Origin: the human T2T-CHM13v2.0 reference genome, Homo sapiens
NCBI RefSeq assembly: GCF_009914755.1
Contig: NC_060942.1
DNA length: 64,000 bases
Direction: 5' to 3' (one strand)
Shown here: positions 31,271-46,490 of the stretch, one piece after another
Layout: each line of letters opens with the position of its first letter
Numbering within the stretch: position 1 is the stretch's first letter
Notes under the pieces: model-generated
Told to the model about the DNA's origin: nothing
The model's database searches: none
Seen by the model: only the letters and a program-made list of their open reading frames with translations
Made by a program: the position numbers and the translations under genes

Positions 31271-32402
31271 AGAGACAGCAGTTTCTGCTTGTAAATCTCT
31301 TCTTCAGTGTTCAGAATTCAAACAGAATGGAAGCTGTGGCCCATAACTATACACCCCGTCTTTACAGTTCTATAGTTGGACGAAGCCTGGTTTTGATGAA
31401 TAGGCCCCAGAGAATAACTGATGAAGGTAAACACTAAAACAACTAATTATGTGGATGTGGTCCGCAGATTAATTGGGCTGGGTAGTGCATATATGTTTCA
31501 CTGTCTGGTTTCCTTTACTGGTTAAAATGCATAGCTGAATGATTCATACACTATAGCAAGGAAGAACACAGCAAAGGAGGGAAATCCACCTTTGCTTTTC
31601 TTTTCAGATTTTCCTTAAGATTAAGCTGAAAGGGAAGAATATAAGACAACACTAAAGCAGATAGATAAATCTATGTCTTCTTCCATGTGTCATCTCAAGA
31701 TAGGAGGGAGAAAAGAAAACCTCAACCCCGAGGAACTAAAAGGCTCCTCTCCCTTACTGCTATTCCTTCCCGCTAAATTCATGTACAGCCTAAATGCTGC
31801 ACAACCAGCATTGTTTCCTGCATATTTCTGGCCCCCACCATCATGAGGAGAGAAAGACTGAAGTGTCAGACACTGAATCATCATGTGAGTATTTATAATA
31901 ATTAACTACATCCATGGAAATTTTCAGCAATTCACTCCTGGAAGAGTAGGCATTTCTCTACCACGAAGGATACCACTGGGTTTCTACGAGAAGGAAAGCT
32001 CCTGTAAACCTGTTATTCTGGAAAGTAAAGCAGAGGTAGAGGGAATCAAATGTTCCAGGTATAGGACCTGGCTGGAGTTCCAGCACTCTGATAGCAGGAA
32101 AGTGATTTAATCATTGACAGGGATCTTTCCTAGAGATGGGGAGAAGGCCATTGCCCTTCCAGGATTTTATCTGCTACTAGATATTTAGAGCCCTGGGGCT
32201 GCCATTACAGTAGTATCTGGGTTCCCATCTCCAAATAGGAGCAAGCATAGGCTAATGACTCTGGCTCCCGCAAACCTGTGTGCTTAATGCTGACTTAAAG
32301 TTACTAACAGGGAAAATCAAAATCTTGGAGAGTAAAGGAGACTGAACAAGAAAGAACATGACCTGAAAATGGGTGGGACAGAGATTAGCAAATGAGACAT
32401 AC

Positions 32403-32479
32403 CAAAGAGTGTAAGGGTCCTTCATAATTAGGAGACGATGAGGCCTGTCCTCCATTTCTAGACCAAACAGCTGTGCCTG
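32403..32479 (-). CDS. TCF4: TCF4 exon 14 ([26 protein letters not shown]), NAGNAG acceptor
   Basis: atCAG|CAG|GCACA acceptor, TTTG|GTatgt donor, 77 nt. Confidence 0.95.
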
Positions 32480-34872
32480 CTGATATTAAAGTGGGAATTA
32501 CAATCAGATCTAGACACATGTAAAAAGACGCTTGCCAATATTTTAAACAGTCCTTTTGGAAATGGCAATGGCAATGATGATTTTCATTTAAACAACAACG
32601 TAAATACATGTAAACTTCCCATATAAGAATTTTGGGACAAGGAAAACATTTTAAATGTAAAATATGTAGACTTTACATAGACTCACAATTCCCCCAGGCT
32701 GGCTGTCTCCTAAAAGAGAACATTTAATTGATTCTGAATTTTGGTAAGAAGGGTTCCTGTGGAAGAAAAACTATCACCATGGAATCAAGGTACTTTTAAG
32801 GGTACAAAAATGGGATTTTGTTAGACCTTCATGCAAGGCTAGTTTATGTTAAACCAAAATTCTCGCACCAGTGGAAAACAGCTTTGCCACTTGTTTTTAA
32901 AACAATCTTTAGAAAAAGATAAATCTTGAAAAACTTTTTAAGGGAATAAGATTAGTTATCAGTGATCCACTAAGCCAGAAATTTAAAGTCAATATACAGC
33001 AATGACTAAAAGTTTCTTCTGAAGAAAATAATTTTTTTATGATTCATTAAACTTGAAGGTAAAAAAAGATTGCTGTTAGAATACATATTACATGTCTAAC
33101 CTACAAAATAAAAAACACTTTAAATGTAAAATAATACACATTCAGTGTAGAAAACTTGGAAAATACATAATTCAAAAAAGGAAAAAATAATAGCTATGAT
33201 CTCACTGAAATCTCATGCCCCGACACTGTTAGCACTTTTAAAATCCACTCTTCCTGTCTTTTCTGGGTGTGCATGTATATTTTTATGCTAAATAAAAATA
33301 GAATATTTTGTTCAATTACTTTTCTTGACAGAATTTGGACAGAGCCGTCGGTGTGAAAATAGCAATCTGTCCCCATATTTGCATCTTCATAAAAGTTCTT
33401 TCTTCCTAACATGTGGTCTTCCATGATGCATTACCAAGACCCAAAAAGTGGCATCTCTAGCCTTGTTTCTGTGCCTTTCACTGAGATCATGCTACTCAGG
33501 TCGAGGGAATTTGTGATGTTTTCTAGAATGACTGTGCATCCTAATTTTTCTTTCCCACCATTAATCTAGAAATGGATGGCAGAACTGTGAGCACCAGATT
33601 TTTGTCCAAGCTCTGCTATTACCACTGGTAATAAACTCAACAACTCAACTCCCTTTTTGGGACTCAGTATTCTCATCTGTAAAATCAGGGTATCAGACTA
33701 CATTAGTCGTTCTCAAACATTATGATACCATAGAACATTTCTTTTTCTAAATTAGAAAATGAATAAAATGAAAGCTACTTTGTTTGAAATGTGGAAACTG
33801 GAGTTCCACCTGCTCAGATTCCTCTATCCCTTGTTGTATCTCTTGTTGTCTCGAAAGGGGGTTACTGACAATTGAAATCATTTTTCAGAGTGTAAGAATC
33901 TGGTACAGAACCCGAGGAGTACAACAATACTGAACTCTAGTTTCTATTTCCACCAGGGGGAACGTTTGATTATCCTCTTAAAATCACCTCAATCGCTTCC
34001 CAGTTTCAACGCGGTCTCTCTGGACATAGAGACTTCAGAATCCCACTGCCCTCTCTATTCTGTGATCTTCTCATACCACGGAGGCTTGGAAGAGGTTGAC
34101 ATTAAATCCCAGCTAAGCCATGGCCATCATTTCTGAAAGTTTTGTGGCAATGTGAAACCTCCTGTCCTCGACCAAGGAGCTGAGTTTACACTGGGCCATG
34201 AGAGCTGCATGCAGGAAATAACAAACGCAAGTAACTCCACTATAAATTACAGTAAGGTAAGGTTTCCATCAGGTACAGATGTGATTTAGGTTTTGTTGCT
34301 GTTGTTTTGTTTTTTTAATAAGCCACCTGTCTCCTTACCAAAGAGCAGAGACATGAACCAAGGAAGGCTTTCTGGAAGCATTTATATTGGAAAGACAATG
34401 AGTCTCTTAAACGGACCCCTGAAAAGTGAAATTATTTACTGACATAATTCTACAAATTATAGTTATTCAATTTGAAGCCACAGGTCATACGAATGTATTA
34501 TACTTTGAAGTCAAACATCCCTTCTACCCCACACAATTATTTCACAATTTATTTACAAAATTATAGTTTTCTCTAAACATCCCAATGGCATGTACTTTAA
34601 AGAGGGAATTTGGAAAGCCTGAAATTCCTGCAGGAAATGATCCATTTAAATAGTCTATATTTGATGACTATCTAGTCTATATTCATATTCATGACTATAT
34701 TAACTGAGTTTTTTTCATCTGAGACGTTTTATTGGAATACATTATTCTGCCGTTGGGTGTCTTCTGCAGAGCTAAGAAAAGTGTAAGAAATACATTTTCC
34801 ATATGCCTGTATATTTTAAAAAGATAATCTAATTTTTAAGAAAAGGTTTGGATGTAAACGACTATACTGTTA

Positions 34873-35151
<279 letters not shown>

Positions 35152-35568
35152 TCATTAAAATAATTCACACTTTTCTAAACTACGAAGTTGTCAACGCAAT
35201 TCATTTAGAACTTACAAGTTACAGCATACATGTAATAATCAACTACAGTACCAAAATTGTCAAATGAAGAACTTAACAATTATTTTAATTTTTCAAAACA
35301 AGAATTACTGATGTGGTATGGGATGGTGGGAAAAGAGCCAGGCTGGGGTCAGCAGACTTCAAACCAACTCTTCGTTCCTACTGGCTGTGTGGCTATGGGC
35401 AAGCCAAGCAGATACTTTGAACTTTCCTTTCCTCATCTACACAATGAGAGGTTGAACAGGATCATTCCTAAGATATTTTGCCACTCTTTTGCCAGATCTA
35501 GGCGTTTGATTGCATAGCATCAGAAGGCCCAGATGAAACAAAAACTTTTACTTAGGGCACAATGCTAA

Positions 35569-35947
<379 letters not shown>

Positions 35948-36541
35948 CTCCACTTACATTTCTAAATGACCATGTTTAGCTTTTGACTAAAATACCAGAT
36001 ATACTCTCTGAGACAATGAAGGTATGCCATTTTGTCATCAGGGAACATGCAAGAAATGTTCAATTTTAGCTTTCTGGCAGTAGGTGGGCAAAGCAGAGAA
36101 GCTGAGTCCCCCAGGTGCCAATTATGTGACAGTTCTTCATGGACCTCAGTTATTGTCTTTTTTTTTTTTTTTTTTTTTCAAATGCCTCTTTCAAAGTGTT
36201 TTAGAACTATTCCTTGCTAAGACAGTCTTAGCTGGTCAATGTGCACCCATATTACTTTAGAGAAAAATAAGACATCAGTATAAAAAACCTATAAACCCAA
36301 AGACCAGGAGAATATTCCCACATCCATAATTGAGTGCAGCTTAGTACCATTTTGAGGATGAGAGAAAGAGACTATATACTGGAAGCTTCAGAGCCTTCTC
36401 AAATTTTCCAGTGACTGTTATGCAAGAAAGCTAGCATTTTCCAAAAATCAAAGCTATTTGCCATTCATTTTCTAAAATTCCAAATGTCCACTTCTGATTA
36501 AAGTTCACCCTTTACAATGGTACATATGGAGTCCAAAGTCA

Positions 36542-36703
<162 letters not shown>

Positions 36704-37882
36704 TTAATTGCATTTTTAATGCTAATTACAACACATTAATCTTTAATTAGCATTAATTTGTTTGCTGAGGTAGATGTCAAATATATTCATGTTACTTTTT
36801 TACAGATAAAATATAAACCTGACACCTTGGTTTAAAGATAAAGTGGTTTCCTTGCTATGACTTTCCCCTTGCTGTTGATGAGCTGGTGAATGTAGCAAGC
36901 TATGTGACGGTCATTGCTGACAAGTATAGACTACTTTCAGGTCTCTGGAGTCCTCAGAGTCTGGCTTTTCTTTATATTATTTTATAGTAAATGGAATTAT
37001 CTTCACAAATAACTTCCATCTGTTTTCAAATAAATAGAAATTTGATACATAGCAAAACGGGGTATTCGTCTCACAGTCCTACAGTACACCAAACAAACAA
37101 ACAAAAATTTCCACAACAGGTCTGGCTAACAAGGAGAGAAAATATTTTTAATGTTTTAAATAACATATATTCTCCACATATTTAAAAGTCTGTGTTCACA
37201 CTAAAAAAAGTGAACTGGTATGCTACTAAAAGTCAATATGGCCTCGAATTCCAGAGATAAAGTAAGTCTACATATTCATGAAGCTTATCTCTACTGCCTT
37301 AAACACTGGTATTTTTATCTACAAAAGAGAAGAACAAAGAGTATTGTGAATAATAAAAGACATATATTACAGTATACAATTCAAAGCCAGCTTTCTTTAA
37401 CATGTATCATTGGAAGGTATCTTGCCTTTAGAACTAAGTGATAAAATGGGATTTCCAGGATTCTTGTGGTCTTCAGTATTAACAGAATGCCTAGCACTTG
37501 GGGTATGTTGTATTTACTAAAGCCTCAACATTAGCAAATAGACATAGTATCTAAATAAAACCTATTAAAGTTCTGAGGGAAGATTGTTTTTCACTATTTT
37601 GTGAAATAAGAAAAGGAAAGGTTAAATCACCCAATGAATCCAAGCAAAACTTCATTAAACAGGTATATAATTTCAAAGACTTTCCAGCCCCATTCTTGAA
37701 CTAAGAGAGCCTTCTTTCTTACAAATGTGTTGTCATCACCTTCCACACTTGTAAAATGCAGTAGTGGGGTCGGATCTTCAGTGGTCCAATTCTATGGCTT
37801 TTCCAGGTCATAATTTAATTCTCCTGACCTCTGCTTAGCATAGCTAATTTATGCTTGTTATTTTCATATATTTATATGTTGA

Positions 37883-38191
<309 letters not shown>

Positions 38192-38558
38192 GATAATGTT
38201 TTGATATATACTTTATTTGGTTTACAAAACCCACACCCATATTTATTTGTTAATTGCTAAAATACTGAAAGAAATCTGGCACATGATAAGAAGAACACAA
38301 TTATCTCGTGACAAAATAAACTTCCATATCACAAAGTTATGATATTAAAATACATGAGTCATTAGTACTCATGATAGGTATTGTATAAGCAAGTTCTTTG
38401 AAATGAGGGTCTGACATCATACAATTGGACCACTGGGAGCAGCTCAGATATCAAGAGTATTAAAAATATTTAATATAAGATAAAATACAACAAATTATAT
38501 CTAGTGTGAAAATGAGAAGAATTTCTGCATTAAGGAGTCCTTTAAAAACTAAAAACAT

Positions 38559-38718
38559 GGATTGCAGGCATGCACCACTATGCCTGGCTAAGGCAGGAGA
38601 ATCGCTTGAACCTGGGAGGCGGAGGTTGCAGTGAGCCGAGATTGAGATTGCGCCATTGCACTCTAGCCTGGGCAACAGGATCAAAACTCTGCCTCAAACA
38701 ACAAGAACAACAAACAAA
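38559..38718 (+). mobile_element. 5'-truncated Alu with inverted 5' segment
   Basis: 38559-38590 is antisense Alu right-arm start; 38591 onward is sense right arm plus A-rich tail. Confidence 0.88.
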
Positions 38719-41700
38719 CCTAAAAACCATTCTAAAGAGAAAATAATAATGATGTGAAATATAGATGATACTAACCTTTTTTCAGTATGTATTACCATGG
38801 TATTTGGGGGTACTTATCTTTTTTTTTTTCCTAGAAGCGATATTTCTTTTCATTATTATATACCTAAAAATTAGATCTATCAGTCAAAATAATCTGTGAT
38901 ATCTGCTTGATTTGAATATAGATTTTCACAAAAAGTTCAGAGCTACATTGGAAAAATCACATTATCTAACAAAGAACCTAAGCCAAAAAAGAACAAGATA
39001 TTGCTTCACTACAGATAATATCTGCTACAGTAGTGGCTTTCAAAAGATTAATTCTTCCTTTAAACAACTTTAAAATGAAGATTACAAATAATATATATAT
39101 TTTTATGAAACTAAACAAAGTATTGAAAACCAATACAAATATTTTAGGAGCATTTAAAAACTAAATATATACGCCCCAAAAATCACACGTTAGAAGAGGC
39201 AAGATATTATGACCAATCTGATTTCTTTAGAACTACACCTTTCTAACTAAACATTCTATCAGTGCCTGTTTTATGCAGGGAGATATTATGACTCAGGAAA
39301 TAGAATTAAAAATAGAATCAACTTCTTACCTCATCGCGTCATGAAAATATTTCAGAAAACTACAAAGGCTACCCATGGAAACCACTGATAAGAACAGACT
39401 ATTTTTTAACATGAAGCGATTTTACCTTGCAACAGCTGGAGTGCCAAACCCAAGGGCTTAAATTTCAAAGCAGTTTACTGGGGCCAGTTTGCCCTTTCAC
39501 TTGGAATGCCTTTTGTTCTGGTCCAGGAAACACTGGAGAAGCTACATTTTCTAGATTGCCTGAACATGTTAAGCTACATGAGTCTTTCTCTTACAGATTT
39601 CTCTTTTTATTTGTGTGACAGATATAACAAAGGGTATAACTGGAAAAGAAATATATTTTAATTCTCAAGTGGCAGAATTTTTTTTTTTTTTTTGCATTGA
39701 GAAGTGGGCCATGTTTAGCAAGATACATTAAAGCTGAAAATGTGGGTTTGATGTAACAGGACTTGATTACTCTTTGAGGCCCAAGATTTTTGTCAATTCA
39801 TATTAGAGATGATCAAAATGTCCATGTAACAGAAAGATGAAAACTAATGCATTTGCTTGGTAAAGACTTTATCGATTTCTAATTTTGGCTCTAATCAATT
39901 TATCTTGCCCAAGAGAAATATAATCAGTCCCTAAGTAGAGCTGTAACATACAAATATGAATGGAAGATGAGCAGTTATTAAGAGGAACTGTAATTTTTGT
40001 AGGAGGCTTCGACACTGCCTGCCACCCAAGTATTGTTCAGATGGCTTGAACACAGGTGGTGTTGCTGGCTAGAAGATGAAGCAGAAAGAAAGGTTTTGTA
40101 TCTTGGGTTACATGCTAGACCACCCTCTGTCTCAGCCTCAGCTTTGGGGAAATGTTCATTCCCATTAGAACACACCCTCAACAAAACACTGGGATGAGTG
40201 GTGCCTTGGGATCAACTACTAAAAATCAGAATTTGGAAAATGTGTTGCCCCTTTAATGCACACCCATCATCTAAGGCTGGGAACATCATGAAGGCATCAA
40301 AAGAATAAGCAGCACAATTCACACTGTGTTTGCCTGAGAGAAGATGACTGCTTTCAAAGTAGGTTTTTCTAAACTGTGTCCGAGTGACCCTCGTGTTATT
40401 AAACCATTAGAAACAGCATAACAATGCCATGTGCTTATCTATAAAGATGACAAAAAGAAGGAACATTTCCAGCACTCCTACTACAACCATTTTAAAATAC
40501 AAACGCAAGTATATAGACTACAATGCACTATTTTTTAACAGGAGGGATTCCTAGGAATTCAGGGGGAAGTTGGGCTTCCTGATCGTGCACAGGAAATGGA
40601 GGAGATTTAAATCAAACTAGTTTATTGTTCTCTGCTGGTGGTCTTGGTAACTAAGATGCCTTCACATTGCTGGATACAATTCTTATTACTCTTATGCTCT
40701 GTGCTTGTTCATCGCCTGACTACTTCAAGGCTCAATATTCTTGTAAAATATAAAGTGAACATTATGTGACTACTCTAATAATAAAATTACTGTGAAACCA
40801 AGTCCTCAAAGAGAAAAGGACATAATGTTTCTACTAGACAAGCCACATACTAACATGTCATTCGAAGTTAAAGTTCTAAGCCAGATTAATTCATGAACCA
40901 GATAGATATTCCAGGGTAATCTTTAGCATATGGTGTATTAAATCAATCTTGGTAGTCTGTTCCTTCAACCCTGTTTGGTTTGAGGTTTAAAAACGTGGAA
41001 AAGACCACGTATTAGAATGCAGGCCAGTTAAAGACTAATAAAACAATAATAGTTATTATAACCATTATGTTAGTTATATGACCAGTTCTCTCTGAGGGCA
41101 AGGGAGTGTGTGTAGCCTCAAACCACAAAGGGTCACACCCTGTGAATGTATACAGATGGTATGTCCCAATGGGGAGACGACGCATTCTCACCCTTGAGCA
41201 GTCTCAGTGGTCTGTGCTATGGTAGGAGGTCCTCTTACTTCTTTCCATCAGGAAGGGCTACTGGATATTATTGCAAATAGGAAGGAAGTATGTGGCTAAC
41301 CAAATGTGTATGGTTAATATCCTGCAGACATTCCTATTCTCTATAGCTGGTATCTAATAACTTACTACACTTCCTCCTCCGTATGTATGCTCAGATGCAG
41401 AGGCACTGAACTGCACTGCTTCTGAGAATACCCAGTGGCATAACATTGAAAAAGTTTGAAGAACTGAGTAGAAGGTGCTGATGCTGGTAACTCCCAAAGA
41501 CCCCTGACAGCTTCTTTCCTTAACTGGGTGCGCCACCAGCTGAACTACTGTGAATCCATGCTGTGTCCCATACATTATATTCCTCTAATTGGAGGGCTAA
41601 TTAGATGACCTTTTCAATTCAGAAAGGTCTAATATGATCTCCAGAGTTTGCCAGCAAGGCTTGAGAAAAGTAGTGGACTGTATGCAATGAGTAAAATACC

Positions 41701-44700
41701 TTGTTCTACAATTCTCTTGAAAATCCATGGATGAATGTGTCATGAAAAAAAAAAAATCTCTCATTAATGTAATCCAAGTAAGCTTTATCCTTCTTATGGA
41801 TTTCTCAAAAAATGATATTGGGTATTATAGGGCAAAAGAAAACAAAACAAGAAACACCTGGTCACTCCCCCAAGCCAAACAAACAGCAAACCTCAGTGGG
41901 CATCTTCCACCTTTGAGATGCAGAGAACAGAAGAAGAAAGGGAATGTGGTTACAGAGAGGTTCCCTTCCGAGAGTTCTAGAGCTTGTATCTCACCCCACA
42001 TGCACTGCGTTGTTCTAGTGTCAGTTCAGGACAACTGCTGACCACCAGAAAGACATATTATAACATGACACTGAGACGAAGGGCAGCAGCCCTCTTCTGA
42101 ACTGAAAAAGCAGCTTCCTAAGACATCAACACCATGTATGAAAAGACTGCACTGTCTTGCAACTTTTTACCAGGAAAACGTGAAAAATGTGATGTCCATG
42201 TGTTAGTGCTCGAACCCCATTCTTAAGGCATTAGTATTGCTTACAGTCATTTTCTACAGAATCGTGTGTAATCTCAAACATGTGTCAGGCTATGTGTTCC
42301 CTATTTGCCAATTATTTAATTAGCTCTGTTTGTTCTTTGAGATACAGGCAACGTAATATTTCTTTACTTCCTGCGTTTCAGAATGAGTGAGTATATGCCA
42401 AATATTTTCAAAAGTCTGCAGATGTATCCTATTAATCCATACTGTTTGTTAGGGTAGTATCACTAACATCAGAAGAGAAAGCTTCTCTTCTTGTTATACA
42501 GACACGCTGCCATCACTGACTTCTACCACACTCAAAAAATCAAACCAAAGCCTAAGAGAACTTAAGTGTGAAAAAACATGGGCCACTCAGACATCACGCA
42601 ATACTAAGGCTTATTATGCTTAAATTTTCCTCTGCATTTTCACGTACGCAATTGGTGAACATATTATTTTAAAGAAAAACATTCTAGAATGTTCTCCCTT
42701 AAAGTAACCTTAAAGTAATATCTGTATCTATGCATAATAATAAAGGTTTGCTCCTCCAAAATGCTGAATTACCATGTCTACCTATTTCCTTAAAGATTAT
42801 GCATCTTTTTCTCATTCCGCTAGTGGATTTTGACAAGTGCATCCATTATTGTAAAATAATGTATGAAATAAATTTCTAAAAAGCCCTTTTCTGGGTTCTA
42901 AAAATCTCATACTTTTGTTTTTAAATTATAGCTCCTTTATTATTGTCAAGACCCTTAAATAAGGCCCTATGGTTTTTAACAAGTTAAGTCTATTCTCAGC
43001 ATATAGAAGTCACCTATTGCTCCACTCTGGCTAGACCAACAAGTAGATTCTCCTGTTCATCCACAAACTAATGAAGATGACCAGCTAAAACCAAGCAAAA
43101 CTCATTCCCACTGAGAGCTGTGGCTAAGCTGTCTACAGCTCATGGAGATAACCACCCTATTTCCTGATATGTCCCTTCCAAGTCATAGTGCCTCTCTCTC
43201 AAGAGGACTGTTTTGCAAATCAATCAGAAAAAGTTTTTTTTCAAACAGAGCCTAAGTATGTTTTCCTCAACTCAAGGTTCTGCTCCACCTTCATACCTTC
43301 CTAAAAAAGAAAATTACTCAAACCACAAGTAGACAGGAAATCTGTCTTGTAAAAGGATGAATGACCGGTCATCCTTCTTTATAACCAGACCTCATGACTG
43401 CAGAAAGGGGCTTTCCATTTGTCAAACCACACTGAAGTGAAATATGCTTTTCTCACTCTTTCAGTTCTGCACTGCTTTCTTTCTTCTTGTTTTTCAAATC
43501 TGCCAAAACTGCATTGATAGCTAACAAACTTCCCCATGTGACCTCTGTCTGTAGCTCTCCAAGGTCAAACTGATGCAACATATTTGTAGAAGCTTGGTTA
43601 GGAAAAGTTAAAAAAAATGGAAACTCTCTCCTCAATTTGCTTCTTAGACAGGATAGCGGAGTGGAGAGGCTGCGAGATAGCTCATCTCAAGTGTGAGATA
43701 TATTATTGAATACGCAGGGAGGGCATTATTGAGGCAGAAATTATATTTCCAACATTTCAAAACACATCTCTCCTCCAACATCAAAAACTTTCCTACATAA
43801 GTGATTCACGCCACTTCCCCAAATTCTACACACTCTCTAAAGAAAACAAGTGCAAAGAGCTAAGAGGACTCAACAGCAGCATTATTCTGTTGCGCCATCT
43901 TCTCTCAAAGACATACACTGAGTATTCTCCCCACCGACGCTCTGACAGTGACATTCAGGCCAAGCAAGGAGTTAGTTTGAGCTATAACCGCAGAAAGTGA
44001 CTACCTGAGAAGTCTGAGGTTTTAATAAGACCCTGGGGCACTAAGCTGTGCTGCTCATCTGAACAACAAGGTGTCAAAGCTGGTTCAGAAGCAGGTAGCT
44101 ATCTCCCCACCAACTCCACCTCTTCCCTCCAGGGGCAGCTGGACATCCAGCCCAGTTCATTCCTCAAAGTGGGAATACTGACTGGGGAACCACCTATGGA
44201 AAAGACTACAGTGAACATCACAAGAAATGAGAGGATGATGGCTCAGTTCATGGGAACAGCATTCTTCTTGGACCTTAACTCATTAGTAAATGTCCTTGGT
44301 AAAAATTAATTAATTAATTAATTTAAAAAAGCAGCAAATAATTTCTGGCCAACTGATGCCCACGCATCTCCTCTCTCATAAGTGAACAAATACTTCTTCC
44401 CCTCTGAGGGACTCCACAGTGTCACATTCTCCAGGAGATTAACCTCATGTAGTTATTAGCAGTCACCTGAGAATTTCACATTAACCAGTCCTCGGAAGAC
44501 AGTGGCACATCATGGATAAGAGCCTAGCACAATGACTGGAATTTTGGGAAGTGGTCAATAACTACCATTAAGAGCTATTCTGCTTTGTAGCTCACTAGTC
44601 ACTGATGGCTCATCTTATGACTTTGTTCACTCTTTTTGAATGTGAGGAACAAGATAGTTTTGGTCTGTTTGAACCCTTGTTCAATCTAATGACTTGCAAC

Positions 44701-44895
44701 GTAGAACGTAGCTAAATTTCAGTGTCTTGTGACGAAAAATATGGTTATGCTCAAGCCAGTGATTTTACTTCTGTTTGGTACATTTGTGTGTTCATTCTGT
44801 CATGTGACTAATATTTAGTGCCTAATTGCTATTCAGTTATGAAAGGGAAAAAGAGGTCCTTGATGATTAAACTCTGACACCAATTGTTGGTATCA

Positions 44896-45051
<156 letters not shown>

Positions 45052-46229
45052 CTATAGCAAGAAGCAGAAAAAGGTGGCCATATTTAATCATAAGGTATTT
45101 AGTGAGTTATTTTCAAATACTTTTCTCACAACTCTCTATTTTACAATGGAGACAGCTTTTAGAATTTCAAAATAGCCAAGAATATATCTTGTTTAGATCT
45201 GACAGCTTTCATTTTTCAAATAATAAGTTATACAGAAACATAGCTTGGGTTTGCATCAACTGTGGAGGGATATAATGGCAATGAGGGACATTGAGAAATG
45301 ATCACAATCTCGAAATCTACAGATTACTGCTTAAAATCATCTCCAGGGTTTCGGCAACATAAAAGACCACTCTACTATTAATTTTTTTGTGTGGCCTATT
45401 GATCAAGTGAAAAAGATTCCACTATATAATGAATAAAACAACATTATGATCCACAGGGCTTATATTACATTTCATCCTGATCTTCTTGAAACTAAATGGC
45501 AAAGACTAACCAGTCTCAAATCTTCTTCCTCCCAAATTAAATTTTTTTGAACCCCAGCAACAATAAAATTTAGTAAATAAAAAATTTAAAAAGCACTAAT
45601 GGTTAAATATCTCTCTTACTCATCAATATGTAACTATTGACTATACTGAATTAAATTAGGACCACATGACTTATTTTGGTTTGAGTACTTTCTTTCCATG
45701 CCCCACCTACAAGCAATCCTCACATAGCTGGCAATGAAAGAACAACATCTTTACAGAATCACTTGGTTTAAGACTCTGCTTTGAGTTTAATTATTATATT
45801 AGTTTTCCAAATAAGCTGTGTTTCTTGGGTATGCCACAGTGCCTGTAAGGTGGCAAATTAGTTGCAATCCACCCATCTGCTTGGGAATGAACAGCTCACT
45901 AAAATGGACATAGTAATTTACAAAAAAGTGCTGAGCTATTTTCAAGATAAAAAGCAGCTTCAAAAGTTATTCTCATAGGCATCTGAATGTGTTATGTAAA
46001 GGCAATATATTAAAGCTAAAATACACTTTTTCTTCATATGCAATATATTAATGGATTATGAGTCTTTATTATATCATTATTGGAAATGCTGTTAAAAATT
46101 GTTTATTTCAAAATAAGAGATTGAATATGATGCTGATAGTCACGGGTATTTAAAACCCAAGCATTTGCTCACGAGGAATGAAACCATAGTCTCTTGAGTG
46201 TTGCCCTGTTTACTCTGTGAGATCCGTCT

Positions 46230-46490
46230 TGAATTCTACCTCTTTCTTGAAGAGTCCCTGACTACCTCCAACTCTTCCACCATCTCTTCTCTCTAGGTCC
46301 CTAATGCACTTACATTCTGCACTATTGTCTTTAACACTTAATTATATTTGGCCTTTCATTTCTTGCTTTTTCTAATGTATTTTCACCTGTATTGTAAACT
46401 CTTTAAAGGAATAGAGCTTATAGTTCTGCATCCCACAACTTGTGGCTAACTACTGAACACATAATTATACTATACGCTCAATGAACAATT
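46230..46490 (+). mobile_element. L2 3' fragment
   Basis: gaagagtccctgac...tgtaaactcttt...ctcaatgaac. Approximate. Confidence 0.55.

Noticed and set aside
29789-32402. Possible equivalent of the TCF12/HEB 72-nt alternative exon
   Set aside because: No similar peptide with flanking splice sites found by eye.
44301-44325. (TTAA)n palindromic tract
   Set aside because: Short simple repeat, common in AT-rich introns.
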